This document shows positions 9,483 through 18,314 of a DNA stretch of 64,000 bases, one piece after another. Location of the stretch: contig JBGFSC010000033.1 of the NCBI GenBank assembly GCA_041694815.1, forward strand, positions 8,148 to 72,147, read 5' to 3'. Numbering within the stretch: the stretch's first letter is position 1; each line of letters starts with the position of its first letter. The notes beneath the pieces are model-generated. The model ran no database searches. It saw only the letters and a program-made list of their open reading frames with translations, and had not been told where the DNA came from. The translations under genes and the position numbers were made by a program. The stretch is from Elusimicrobiota bacterium (lineage in GTDB: Bacteria > Elusimicrobiota > Elusimicrobia > UBA1565 > JACRDR01).

Positions 9483-10427
9483 ATGCGCTTTTTTACCCAA
9501 TGTGGATATTTTTCGAGTCGGGACGGAACTTATTCGTGGCTCGATCGTATATATAGTATGGCGATGATCGAGTTAGACGGCGAGCGATTGCTCGCCGAAT
9601 GCGACACGAAGAAAGATGCCGAACTGTTTGCCAGGCTGGAGCGCTTTCGAGGAGAAGAGTCCGAGTCGCTCGCGCAGACATTGGCATGTTTGGCGACGTT
9701 GGATAGACGCAAGGCGGCTGATGAGCTTGCGGACGGTTCTCTGTTTCTCTATTGCACTCGGAAACTCGGTTATTCCGAGGCAGAAGCCTATATGAGAATC
9801 CGGGTGGCGCGAGCCGCCAACGACTTTCCGCGGATTCTAACGATGATCGGTCGCGGGCAGATCCATGTCAGCGCGGTCGCCCGGATAGCGCCTTATCTGG
9901 ATTCCGAAAATTATAGGAGCCTGCTGGGCAAGGCCAGTCGGCGAAGCCGCGAGGAACTCGATCGGCTGATTGCGGAATTAGAGCCGCAGATAGAGAGGCG
10001 ACCGGTCATTCGCTCTCTATCCGTGGGGAATAATGCTCGCGCTCCGATTGTCACAGCGGAATCGCTCTTCGAACCGCCTTCGCCGCAGCTTCACTCTTCT
10101 TTCTCGCAGTCGGCATCGGGAAGGGAAAATAAAATCGAGATGAAGATCGAGCCCTGGCTGCCGACGGCCGTGCCTGATAACGCCGGCGCGTGTTCCGTTC
10201 GCCCGCCTGCCGGCCGGGTTTTATTTAGCTTCGTCGGCAGCGAGGCCTTTCGGGCTAAATACAAGCGGGCGAAGGAAATATTGCTTCATAAATATCCCGA
10301 TGGAAGTCCAGAGAAGATATTCGATGACGCGTTGGAAGCGCTGTTGGACAAAAAAGATCCTTGGCGCCGATTGGCGAGGAAAGAAAGGCGCCGGGCGATG
10401 GCAGGCTCTGAGGTGGATTCTTCATAG
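9483..10427 (+). CDS. DUF222-like (13E12-repeat) domain protein with no detectable HNH nuclease domain
   Basis: ARLERFRGEESESLAQTLACLATLDRRKAADELADGS...RIRVARAANDFPRILTMIGRGQIHVSAVARIAPYL resembles the N-terminal domain of DUF222/HNH proteins. AT-rich DNA on both sides. Confidence 0.4.
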   Translation: MRFFTQCGYFSSRDGTYSWLDRIYSMAMIELDGERLLAECDTKKDAELFARLERFRGEESESLAQTLACLATLDRRKAADELADGSLFLYCTRKLGYSEAEAYMRIRVARAANDFPRILTMIGRGQIHVSAVARIAPYLDSENYRSLLGKASRRSREELDRLIAELEPQIERRPVIRSLSVGNNARAPIVTAESLFEPPSPQLHSSFSQSASGRENKIEMKIEPWLPTAVPDNAGACSVRPPAGRVLFSFVGSEAFRAKYKRAKEILLHKYPDGSPEKIFDDALEALLDKKDPWRRLARKERRRAMAGSEVDSS

Positions 10428-10577
10428 CTCTGGTGCATGGGCCCGCTTCCAAATACGATAAACGCTTGCGCAGTGACATCATAGGACCTTAGGCCTATTT
10501 CCAGGAGTCCTAAAAAACCACGTATTAAGGCCCTAAAGGCTCAGGCGGCTTAGCCGTTTGGCGCGTACACTTTACCA

Positions 10578-11285
10578 ATGCGTTTGCCGTGGATTCTCTG
10601 CTGTTTGCTCGCCGTCGCACCGTCTCTGGCGGCCGAAACCGTCGAGTCGATCAAGGCCGGCTCCGGCGTTGACTTCGGAGAAGGAGCGACGGCGGTTGGC
10701 CTGACGGGAAATCCCTCGAATTCCTCTTTCGGGTCTCAATTCGCCGCCCTATTTAAGCTCGGCCAAGCCAGGAGGCAGACGCCTGGAGTTAGGCGCAGGG
10801 GGCCGATCATCGTCAAGGAGCCGGCGCCTCCGCCGTTTCCGAAAAATCACGATTATTGCTGGCCAAGCGCCTTGGACCGCGCGGCGGGTTTCGTGATCGG
10901 AGTTGTTTTTCCGACGGTGCTTCTAACCGCCTTGAGTTTTGCCTCGGGCATCGGCTTGGGGACCGGCTTAGAGAGTGCTACCAGCATGGCCGGCTTCCTA
11001 TTGCCCCGACTCGCGGGAGTCCTCTACGGGGTCACTACGGTGATGGCATGGGCTCATATAGTGAATTGGATGCTCCGTCAGACATGGATTCAATGGCCGA
11101 AAGGCCGCGCGAAACCGGTGGATCCCATGGCGATCGTAATGGCGTTCGCCCTAGGATTCTTTTCTCCTCCGCTGGCCGGATTGATCATCGGCTGGAGTAT
11201 GGGCCGGCATTGGGCGGCGTTCCTATCCCAGAGACTGGGCTGCGCGGTTGAGAAACTTCTCTATCGAATATGGTATCGCCTATGA
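10578..11285 (+). CDS. signal-peptide/multi-pass membrane protein, paralog A of a five-member family (divergent)
   Basis: SP MRLPWILCCLLAVAPSLAAE, then ETVESIKAGSGVDFGEGA, PIIVKEPAPPPFPKNHDYCW, then 3-4 predicted TM helices. Same architecture as paralogs B-E. Confidence 0.5.
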   Translation: MRLPWILCCLLAVAPSLAAETVESIKAGSGVDFGEGATAVGLTGNPSNSSFGSQFAALFKLGQARRQTPGVRRRGPIIVKEPAPPPFPKNHDYCWPSALDRAAGFVIGVVFPTVLLTALSFASGIGLGTGLESATSMAGFLLPRLAGVLYGVTTVMAWAHIVNWMLRQTWIQWPKGRAKPVDPMAIVMAFALGFFSPPLAGLIIGWSMGRHWAAFLSQRLGCAVEKLLYRIWYRL

Positions 11286-12415
11286 AACCGATTTTATTGG
11301 CTCTTGCCCTGGCCCTCGCCGCCGACGCGCCGGCCTCGGCCGGCGAAAGCGAGGAGCTCAAGGCGGCTCTCGAGGAGACCCGGGGCCTGCTGGACATGAA
11401 CAAGCCCCGCCGGGAATTCGAGCGCCATAGCGGCGATATGCGTTCGGTGGCCTTTTCCTCCGACGGCTCCATGATCCTCTCTGCCAGCCACGGCAACGTG
11501 TTCCTCTGGGGGGTCGACGACCTGGAGTTTATCACTAAATTTGAGCCGCCGAACGAATACGGTGGCTTCCACGGGGCCCAGCTCAGTCCGAAAGATGAAA
11601 CGCGAATCCTTACCGCTAGCACGAACTGGGTCATCCTGTGGCGGTGGAACCAGGAGGAAGGCGCGCTCGAGCGGGTCAAGAAACTCGACGTTGGGGGAGA
11701 CGGCGCCGAGATCGCGATCTACAGCACCGATGGCTCTCGCATCGTCACGGCTCACGGCAAGAGCGCTATCGTATGGGACGCCGATGGTAACAAGTTGGCC
11801 CTCATCGAGGCGCCGGGCGACATCCATTCGGTTTCGATCAACCCGGAAGGCTCGAGATTGGTCACGGTGCATCGGGACGGGTCGGCCAGCGTGTGGGAAG
11901 TCGGAGTCCTGAAAAAGAAGCTTCTCCTGTTTGATGTGATTGGTGGGAAAAGGCTTCTGGACCTTCCCAAAGGCAATCGGCGGGGAGCCGCGCTTTTTAG
12001 CCCCGATGGTTCCAAGTTCCTGACCCTCGGCGGAGATTTCAGGCTGCGGGATGCGTCGAACTGGCAAGATTTGGGGATTTTCAAGCCAGAACAGGGGGTG
12101 TTTTCGACGGCGGCGTTCAGCCGGGACGGCTCGCGAATTGCGGCCGCTAACGATAAGGAAACGGTGGTATTCAACGCCAGGACGGGTGAGATCGTCAAGG
12201 TGCTGCCGCCCGCCCTTTGCGTGGGATTTAGCCCGGAGGGTACTTATCTGGCGACCGGAGGGATCGATCGCGTGGTTCGAGTTTGGAAGATAGCCTTCTC
12301 GTCGCAGGAGCTCAAGGCCGTGGAGCATCGTCTAAAGAATAAGGCGAACGCCGCCGATCCTGAAAAGGCGAAGGACGAGATCCAGACGGCCGAGGAGCGC
12401 TTTAGGCTTGATTAG
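11270..12415 (+). CDS. exported WD40 beta-propeller protein 1, ends ...TAEERFRLD
   Basis: SP MKPILLALALALAADAPASA. WD40 blades, e.g. SVAFSSDGSMILSASHGNVFLWGVDD, VSINPEGSRLVTVHRDGSASVWEV, VGFSPEGTYLATGGIDRVVRVWKI. Overlaps both flanking paralog genes. Confidence 0.7.
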   Translation: MVSPMKPILLALALALAADAPASAGESEELKAALEETRGLLDMNKPRREFERHSGDMRSVAFSSDGSMILSASHGNVFLWGVDDLEFITKFEPPNEYGGFHGAQLSPKDETRILTASTNWVILWRWNQEEGALERVKKLDVGGDGAEIAIYSTDGSRIVTAHGKSAIVWDADGNKLALIEAPGDIHSVSINPEGSRLVTVHRDGSASVWEVGVLKKKLLLFDVIGGKRLLDLPKGNRRGAALFSPDGSKFLTLGGDFRLRDASNWQDLGIFKPEQGVFSTAAFSRDGSRIAAANDKETVVFNARTGEIVKVLPPALCVGFSPEGTYLATGGIDRVVRVWKIAFSSQELKAVEHRLKNKANAADPEKAKDEIQTAEERFRLD

Positions 12416-13010
12416 GGTCCTAGCGGCAGCTTTGGTATTGTCTTATTTTTGCGTGCCAGCCGGCGCCGGCGAGCTGGAGGAGGCCAAGCAGGAGTCCGGG
12501 ATCGAGTTCGGCGAGGCGGGGGCCGCCGCTTCGGTCCTAAGTCCGATCCCCGCGCGCGCCCCGGGCCCGATCGCGGGCCTGATGCATTTGGTTCAGAAGG
12601 CCAGGCGCGGAGGCCCGCCGGCGCCCATCGTCGTTTCCGAACCCATCAATCATAAGAATTGTTTGTGCAAAAACAGCGCGGACGAAGAATTTCTAGGTTA
12701 TATAGTCGCTCTCTTGCCCCTAGCCGCCGGGATTCTCGTAATGATCGTTTTTGGAGACCCATTTTTTGGCGGCGTGGCACGCGCCGCGATTCCCCAAATG
12801 ATTCTGGCGCGACTTGCCGCATCCGCGCTTGTCACCGCCTGGTTTTGTCGCTTGCGGAGTCCTATAAAATTCGATTGGTTAACGGGCACCACTCTCGGGC
12901 TCATCGCTGTGACGACGGCGGTTTTTCCGCCTATTGGCGGAGCTTTCCTGAGCTACTTATTGGTTGGGGATCTAATTAGGTGGTTCCATCATTTCCTGCG
13001 CCGAGAATGA
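12408..13010 (+). CDS. signal-peptide/multi-pass membrane protein, paralog B
   Basis: SP, GELEEAKQESGIEFGE, PIVVSEPINHKNC, 3-4 TM helices, C-terminal WFHHFLRRE. Confidence 0.6.
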   Translation: MIRVLAAALVLSYFCVPAGAGELEEAKQESGIEFGEAGAAASVLSPIPARAPGPIAGLMHLVQKARRGGPPAPIVVSEPINHKNCLCKNSADEEFLGYIVALLPLAAGILVMIVFGDPFFGGVARAAIPQMILARLAASALVTAWFCRLRSPIKFDWLTGTTLGLIAVTTAVFPPIGGAFLSYLLVGDLIRWFHHFLRRE

Positions 13011-13597
13011 AGACCTCTATTTTCTTGACCTTAATCGTTCTGGTGGCTTCGGGTCAGCGAGAGAGGCTTTTCGCCGGCCAAGCCGAGGCGATAAGGCATG
13101 AGTCGGGAATTTTTTTCGGGGAAGGCATGTCCGTGCCCTCCTCGGTCGCGGCGGAGGACAGGCGGATCGGCCCCTCCGCCCTGCTGTTCGCCTTCCAAAA
13201 AAAGAAAGCCGGGCCGAGAGGGCCCATCGTAGTGAAGGAACCGATCAATCACAAGGTTTGTTCTCCAAATCGGCGCGAGCAATTGGCCGGAGCGGTGGCT
13301 GGAATTATCGTCCCGACCCTTGCGGTCTTGGGAATGGAACTCGCTTGGGCCTTTAGTGGTGTTTCCTCACCCATGACTTTCCTGGCGCCGCGGGCCATCG
13401 GCATGGCGCTGGCCGGAGTTTTGGCCTTGGCCTGGGGCCGGTCTCGTAAAACCAGTCTTTCCGAGAATGCGATGTTTTCGACCATGGCGGCCGCCACGGG
13501 CTTTATATCCCCGTCCGCCGGCATATTCGTGTTAGGGATGGTCTTTACGAGCCAGGTCTTGGCCTCCTGGTTCCACCGCCGTCTTCATCTCTTATGA
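13007..13597 (+). CDS. signal-peptide/multi-pass membrane protein, paralog C
   Basis: SP MKTSIFLTLIVLVASG, AEAIRHESGIFFGE, PIVVKEPINHKVC, TM helices, C-terminal WFHRRLHLL. Confidence 0.6.
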   Translation: MKTSIFLTLIVLVASGQRERLFAGQAEAIRHESGIFFGEGMSVPSSVAAEDRRIGPSALLFAFQKKKAGPRGPIVVKEPINHKVCSPNRREQLAGAVAGIIVPTLAVLGMELAWAFSGVSSPMTFLAPRAIGMALAGVLALAWGRSRKTSLSENAMFSTMAAATGFISPSAGIFVLGMVFTSQVLASWFHRRLHLL

Positions 13598-14151
13598 AGA
13601 ACTCAGCTTTCAGATACGTATTCCTTGGCCTCGCCTTCGCGGCGGGCGTACTGCACGCCGGGTCCCTCGAGGAGGCCAAGGATGGGTCGGGAAGCGTGTT
13701 CGGGGAGTCCGCTGGCTCTTCGGCCTCCGCCCCGCCCGCGCGGCTAGGGATTACCGATAAGGTCCGACCGCTCGTAGCCAGACTTTACCGGCCCCGTAGG
13801 GAGCCGATCATCGTCAAGGAACCGCCCAATCATCGGCTCTGCTTTCCAGATAATAAGGACGCTAAAATCGCGACCTGGATCGCCGTCATCCTGCCCGCGA
13901 CGGCCATTACGGTGCTGGCCGCCACCTCGGCCTTGGGGCTGTCGCCCATTTCCTTCGCAGTGCCGGGCGCCATCGGCGCGGGACTGACCATCATCGGCCT
14001 AATTAGGGCTGACATGTTTAGGCCCAGCTGGAAGGCGATCGCCGTCGCCGCCGCCTTGGGTTTCTTCTTGCCGGCTATTCCGGTGCTTTTCTGGGGCGCC
14101 GGCTTATGGGATGGCGCCGTGTCCTGGATTCATCGGCTGAGGCATCGATGA
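13594..14151 (+). CDS. signal-peptide/multi-pass membrane protein, paralog D
   Basis: SP, GSLEEAKDGSGSVFGE, PIIVKEPPNHRLC, TM helices, C-terminal WIHRLRHR. Confidence 0.6.
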   Translation: MKNSAFRYVFLGLAFAAGVLHAGSLEEAKDGSGSVFGESAGSSASAPPARLGITDKVRPLVARLYRPRREPIIVKEPPNHRLCFPDNKDAKIATWIAVILPATAITVLAATSALGLSPISFAVPGAIGAGLTIIGLIRADMFRPSWKAIAVAAALGFFLPAIPVLFWGAGLWDGAVSWIHRLRHR

Positions 14152-15262
14152 ATATCCTCTTTATGGCCGCAGCCGTGCTCGCGGCCTCGTTGCCCGGCCG
14201 CGCCTTCGCCCAGGCTCGAGGCATACTCGCGGAGCGCAAGGCCTTTCTCGAGGAGATCGAAGCGCAGCGGCCCACCGAGCCGACGCTGACCCACACCCTG
14301 CAGGCTTCGGGACCCATCGCGTTTAACGGAGACGGTTCCCTGGCGCTTATCGGCTCGACCTTGTTCGACGCCAGGAGCTGGAAGGTGGCCGGATATTTGG
14401 ACGGCCATAAGCAGGCGGTGACCGCCGCGGCCGTTTCCCAGGACGGCAGGATCGCGGCGACGGCGAGCTGGCACAGCCGGGACAAGACGGCGATCCTATG
14501 GGAGCTTCCCTCCGGCCGCCAGGCTCGCGCGATCAAGGGGCCTTCGGCCATACTCTCGCTCGCCTTGAGCCCCGACGGTTCGCGGCTCGTCACGGGACAT
14601 CATAATAAAAGCGCGATCATCTGGGATGTCGCCACCGGCAAGAGGGTGCTCGAACTCATAGGGAATGAGAATACGGTCTACGCCGTGGCGTACAGCCCCA
14701 GCGGAGAAAAGATCGCCACGGCGGGGGCGGATGAAAAAATCCATATCTGGGACGCCAAGACTGGAAAACGGACGCATTGGGCCGAGGGTAGCCTTGGCGC
14801 GATCATCTCCTTGGCGTTTACTCCAAACGGCGATAAGATCATCAGCGGTTCCGATAAAGGGATGGTGGAAGCCACGCCCGTCAACGGCGGTCGAGGATGG
14901 AAACCTCTCTTTAAGAACGTCGGCAAACCGTATTCAATCGCCGTCAGCCCTAATGGGAAAAAAATCGTGGCGGCCGGCACGATACCCAGGCTGTTTGATG
15001 AGGTGAGCGAACGGTTCTCCTTTTTCGAGCTGACGGCCTCCCGGTCGAAGGGGACTTCTTTTCCGTCGCGTTTTCTCCCGGGGGTTATGAAATATTGATC
15101 TCCGGGCTCGATGGGATCACCAGGGTATGGTCCATCGCTATGTCGCCCGAAAGGATACGGGAGAAGCTCAAGGAGTTCGACGAGCGCCTCAGGCAATCCG
15201 CGGCCATCCAAGCCGCCAACGGAGAAGCCATCGACGCCGAGGAGAGGTTCAAATTATGGTAG
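14106..15262 (+). CDS. exported WD40 beta-propeller protein 2 with an apparent frameshift (possible pseudogene or homopolymer error); ends ...DAEERFKLW
   Basis: Track ORF 14106..15098 has SP plus WD40 blades (VTAAAVSQDGRIAATAS, LSLALSPDGSRLVTGHHNKSAIIWDV, VYAVAYSPSGEKIATAGADEKIHIWDA). The last blade FFSVAFSPGGYEILISGLDGITRVWSI...AEERFKLW* reads only in another frame, open from about 15004 to 15262. The shift lies near a T5 run around 15025-15040. Confidence 0.55.
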
Positions 15263-15843
15263 CGCGCCTATGCCTCGCCTTCATTCTATATTTGCCCGTC
15301 ATGTCGCGGGCCGGGGAGACGGAAAAGCTCAAGCAGGAGTCCGGTATTCTATTTGGAGAGAGTCGGCAAAACACCGGTGCCGTGTCGTTCTTTAGGCTGC
15401 CGGGACGCAAGGCCGGACCCGCGGCGGCGAACGCCGCGGCGCCCAAGGCCATGCCGCCCAATATCATCCCTCCGCCGCGATTTAACAGGTATGACGTTCC
15501 TACCTGGGAAATTTTAGCAAGCTTCTTGGTGACGGTCGCCCTGCCTTTGGCGGCCGCCGGGGCGGCTCAGCTGGGCATTCAGGCGAGCATACAGGCGAGC
15601 GCAGGGCTTCCTTTGATCGGCTGGCGCGTGTTGGGCGGCTTGGCATGCGGCATTTGGGCGCTCGCCTGCGGTTGGGCCAATCCGAAGCAAAGGATGAATA
15701 AATGGGTTTTCGGCGCCTTGATGGCGGGGCTCGGGAGTTTTTTGCCGGGCGGCGCCGCTTTTTTGCTATCTGCCGTCTCCATGAACCAATTGCTCGGCCC
15801 GGTCGCCTCATGGATACACAGCGCCCTTAAGCGAGAGCCGTGA
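15256..15843 (+). CDS. signal-peptide/multi-pass membrane protein, paralog E
   Basis: SP MVARLCLAFILYLPVMSRAG, ETEKLKQESGILFGE, Pro-rich linker, TM helices, C-terminal WIHSALKREP. Its ATG overlaps the TGG-TAG end of WD40 protein 2. Confidence 0.6.
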   Translation: MVARLCLAFILYLPVMSRAGETEKLKQESGILFGESRQNTGAVSFFRLPGRKAGPAAANAAAPKAMPPNIIPPPRFNRYDVPTWEILASFLVTVALPLAAAGAAQLGIQASIQASAGLPLIGWRVLGGLACGIWALACGWANPKQRMNKWVFGALMAGLGSFLPGGAAFLLSAVSMNQLLGPVASWIHSALKREP

Positions 15844-15892
15844 CCCGGTTCGCGTTTACATCCCGTACATAATTTAGTACCATTCTTCAGTC

Positions 15893-16327
15893 ATGCCGCA
15901 GGGGACTTTCGTCGCCGATTCCAAGCTCGCCCAGCAGAACCGCCGCTGGCATGTCATTGACGCCGATGGGCAGGTGCTGGGCCGGCTCGCCAGCCGCGCC
16001 GCGGTGCTGCTTAAGGGAAAGCACAAGCGCTTTTTCAGCCCGGCGGTGGACTGTGGGGATTTCGTGGTGGTGACCAACGCCGCCAAGATCCGTCTCACCG
16101 GCAACAAGCTCAACCAGAAATTTTACTTCTCGCATTCGGGCTATGCCTCCGGCGCCAAGACGACCCCCCTTAAGCTGCAGATGGAGCGCGATCCCCGCAA
16201 GGTCGTCTACCTGGCGGTCAAGCGCATGCTCGACTCCAACCGCCTCCGCTCGCCGCAATTGAGGCGGCTGCGCGTCTATAAGGGCGATAAGCATCCCCAC
16301 CCGCTCCCCGAGGCCGCGCGTGGCTAA
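15893..16327 (+). CDS. rplM: 50S ribosomal protein L13
   Basis: RRWHVIDADGQVLGRLASRAAVLLKGKHK and FYFSHSGY are L13 signatures. Directly upstream of S9. Confidence 0.9.
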   Translation: MPQGTFVADSKLAQQNRRWHVIDADGQVLGRLASRAAVLLKGKHKRFFSPAVDCGDFVVVTNAAKIRLTGNKLNQKFYFSHSGYASGAKTTPLKLQMERDPRKVVYLAVKRMLDSNRLRSPQLRRLRVYKGDKHPHPLPEAARG

Positions 16328-16721
16328 GAACGGGGACTGGGTACTGGCCACGGGCCGCCGGAAGACCTCCATCGCCCAGGTCAAGCTGCTACGGCAGGGA
16401 GACGGCAAGGTGACGGTCAATTCCAAGCCCTTGGACCAGTATTTCCACGGCCGGGACCGCCAGGTGCAGGACGTGCTCTCGCCCTTGAAGGCCGAGGGCG
16501 CCGGCGGCTACAACGTGTCGGTGAAGGTCTTCGGCGGCGGCGTCAACGGGCAGGCCGGGGCCATCCGGCACGGCATCGCCCGGGCCTTGGCCAAAATCGA
16601 CGAGAAGCTCAAGAAGGCGATGCGCCTTCAGGGATTTCTGACCCGCGACGACCGCATGGTCGAGCGCAAGAAGTCGGGCCAGCCGAAAGCGCGCAAGCGC
16701 TTCCAGTACTCCAAGCGTTAG
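16320..16721 (+). CDS. rpsI: 30S ribosomal protein S9
   Basis: GGGVNGQAGAIRHGIARAL and C-terminal KARKRFQYSKR. Confidence 0.9.
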   Translation: MAKNGDWVLATGRRKTSIAQVKLLRQGDGKVTVNSKPLDQYFHGRDRQVQDVLSPLKAEGAGGYNVSVKVFGGGVNGQAGAIRHGIARALAKIDEKLKKAMRLQGFLTRDDRMVERKKSGQPKARKRFQYSKR

Positions 16722-16743
16722 GGCGGCCCGCCCTCCCACCCTC

Positions 16744-17052
16744 TTGACGGAAACGATCAAGATACGAGGCCTCCTCCGGATCCCGGCCTGGATATTCGGC
16801 GTCTGGGGATTGGCCGTCTCGGCGAAGGGCGCCTGGGACCTGCTGGGCTTCGGCGAGCCCGAGGCCAACCGCTACGCCCCGCGCCCCTGGGAATTCGTGA
16901 GCCAGGCCGAATGGGCCCGCTACGCCTTCTTCGAGCTCTGCTATGGGCTGGCCTGCCTTGCCCTGGCCTGCCTTATGATGCGATTTGCGCGCTTTTTGCC
17001 CGAGACCCTGGAGCGCCCGAAGGCCGAGCCGGCCTTCGACATATTCCGTTAG
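16744..17052 (+). CDS. small hypothetical membrane protein
   Basis: Two hydrophobic segments (AWIFGVWGLAVSA, FFELCYGLACLALACLMM). No recognisable family. Confidence 0.3.
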   Translation: MTETIKIRGLLRIPAWIFGVWGLAVSAKGAWDLLGFGEPEANRYAPRPWEFVSQAEWARYAFFELCYGLACLALACLMMRFARFLPETLERPKAEPAFDIFR

Positions 17053-17053
17053 C

Positions 17054-18304
17054 ATGCCCCCGCTGCCGGCAACTACTAAGGCACTCTCGTCGCTGCCTCC
17101 CTACTTGTTCGTCAAGCTCAACTCCGTCAAGGAGGAGGCCCAGCGGCGCGGGTTAAGCCTGATCGATCTCGGCATGGGCAACCCCGACCGGCCCACGCCG
17201 GAGCATGTCGTGGGGGCCCTGTGCCGCGCGGCCAAGGACGACCCCTCCACGCACCGCTACCCGCAGACCCGAGGGACTGCGGCGCTGCGCAAGGCCATCG
17301 CCGACTGGTACGGCCGCCGTTTCGGCGTGGCTCTAGATCCCGAGACCGAGGTGCTGCCCTTGATCGGCTCCAAGGAGGGGCTGGCCCATCTTTTCTTCGC
17401 TTATCTGGGGCCTTCCGATTACGCGCTCATCCCCAGCCCGTGTTATCCGGTCCACTACAACGGCACTTTGCTCACCGGCACCAAGCTGCATTTGATGCCG
17501 CTCCTCGAGCGCAACGCCTTCCTGCCGGAGCTCTCCAAGATCCCCAAGGCGGTCGCCGCGAAGGCGAAGATCCTCCTCATCAATTATCCGAACAACCCGA
17601 CGGGGGCCGTCGTCGAGGATCTTTCCCTGTTCGAACGCTGCGTCGCCTTCGCCAAGAAGCACCGCTGCTTCGTGGTGCATGACAACGCCTACTCGGAGAT
17701 CGCCTTCGACGGCTACCGCGCGCCGTCCTTCCTCCAGGCCAAGGAGGCCAAGCGTTTCGGCGTGGAATTCCACTCCTTCTCGAAATCCTATTCGATGGCC
17801 GGCTGGCGGGTGGCCTTCGTGGTCGGCAACTCCGAGATCATCGCCAACCTGGCCAAGTTCAAGTCCTTTTTGGACTACGGGATCGCCGGGTTCGTCCAGG
17901 CGGCCGCCGTGGAGGCCTTGCGCGGCCCTCAGGATTACGTGGCGGCGGTTACCGAGCTCTACCGCGACCGGCGGGATGTCTTGGCCCGCAGCCTTCGCGA
18001 GGCGGGCTGGCCGGCGCAAGCCCCCAAGGCCAGCATGTACTTGTGGGCCGGCCTGCCCCCCGGATTCGCGCGCATGGGCTCCTTCGCCTTCTGCCAGTCC
18101 CTGCTGCTCAAGCAAGGCGTCGTTTTGGCTCCGGGAGTCGGCTTCGGCCCCCATGGGGAGGGTTTCGTCCGCTTCGCCCTCGTAGAGGAGCAAGGGCGCA
18201 TCCAGGAGGCGGTCCGCCGCATCGCCCGCTTCCTCCAGGACGGCCCGCAGCGCGCCAAGAAGACCGGGCCCGGCGGCAAGAGCGTGTTGCTCGTCGAGCA
18301 CTGA
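17054..18304 (+). CDS. class I/II PLP-dependent aminotransferase (AlaT/DapL-like)
   Basis: GMGNPD, NNPTG, and SFSKSYSMAGWRVAF, which is the PLP-lysine motif. About 416 aa. Confidence 0.75.
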   Translation: MPPLPATTKALSSLPPYLFVKLNSVKEEAQRRGLSLIDLGMGNPDRPTPEHVVGALCRAAKDDPSTHRYPQTRGTAALRKAIADWYGRRFGVALDPETEVLPLIGSKEGLAHLFFAYLGPSDYALIPSPCYPVHYNGTLLTGTKLHLMPLLERNAFLPELSKIPKAVAAKAKILLINYPNNPTGAVVEDLSLFERCVAFAKKHRCFVVHDNAYSEIAFDGYRAPSFLQAKEAKRFGVEFHSFSKSYSMAGWRVAFVVGNSEIIANLAKFKSFLDYGIAGFVQAAAVEALRGPQDYVAAVTELYRDRRDVLARSLREAGWPAQAPKASMYLWAGLPPGFARMGSFAFCQSLLLKQGVVLAPGVGFGPHGEGFVRFALVEEQGRIQEAVRRIARFLQDGPQRAKKTGPGGKSVLLVEH

Positions 18305-18314
18305 CGTCCCTGCG

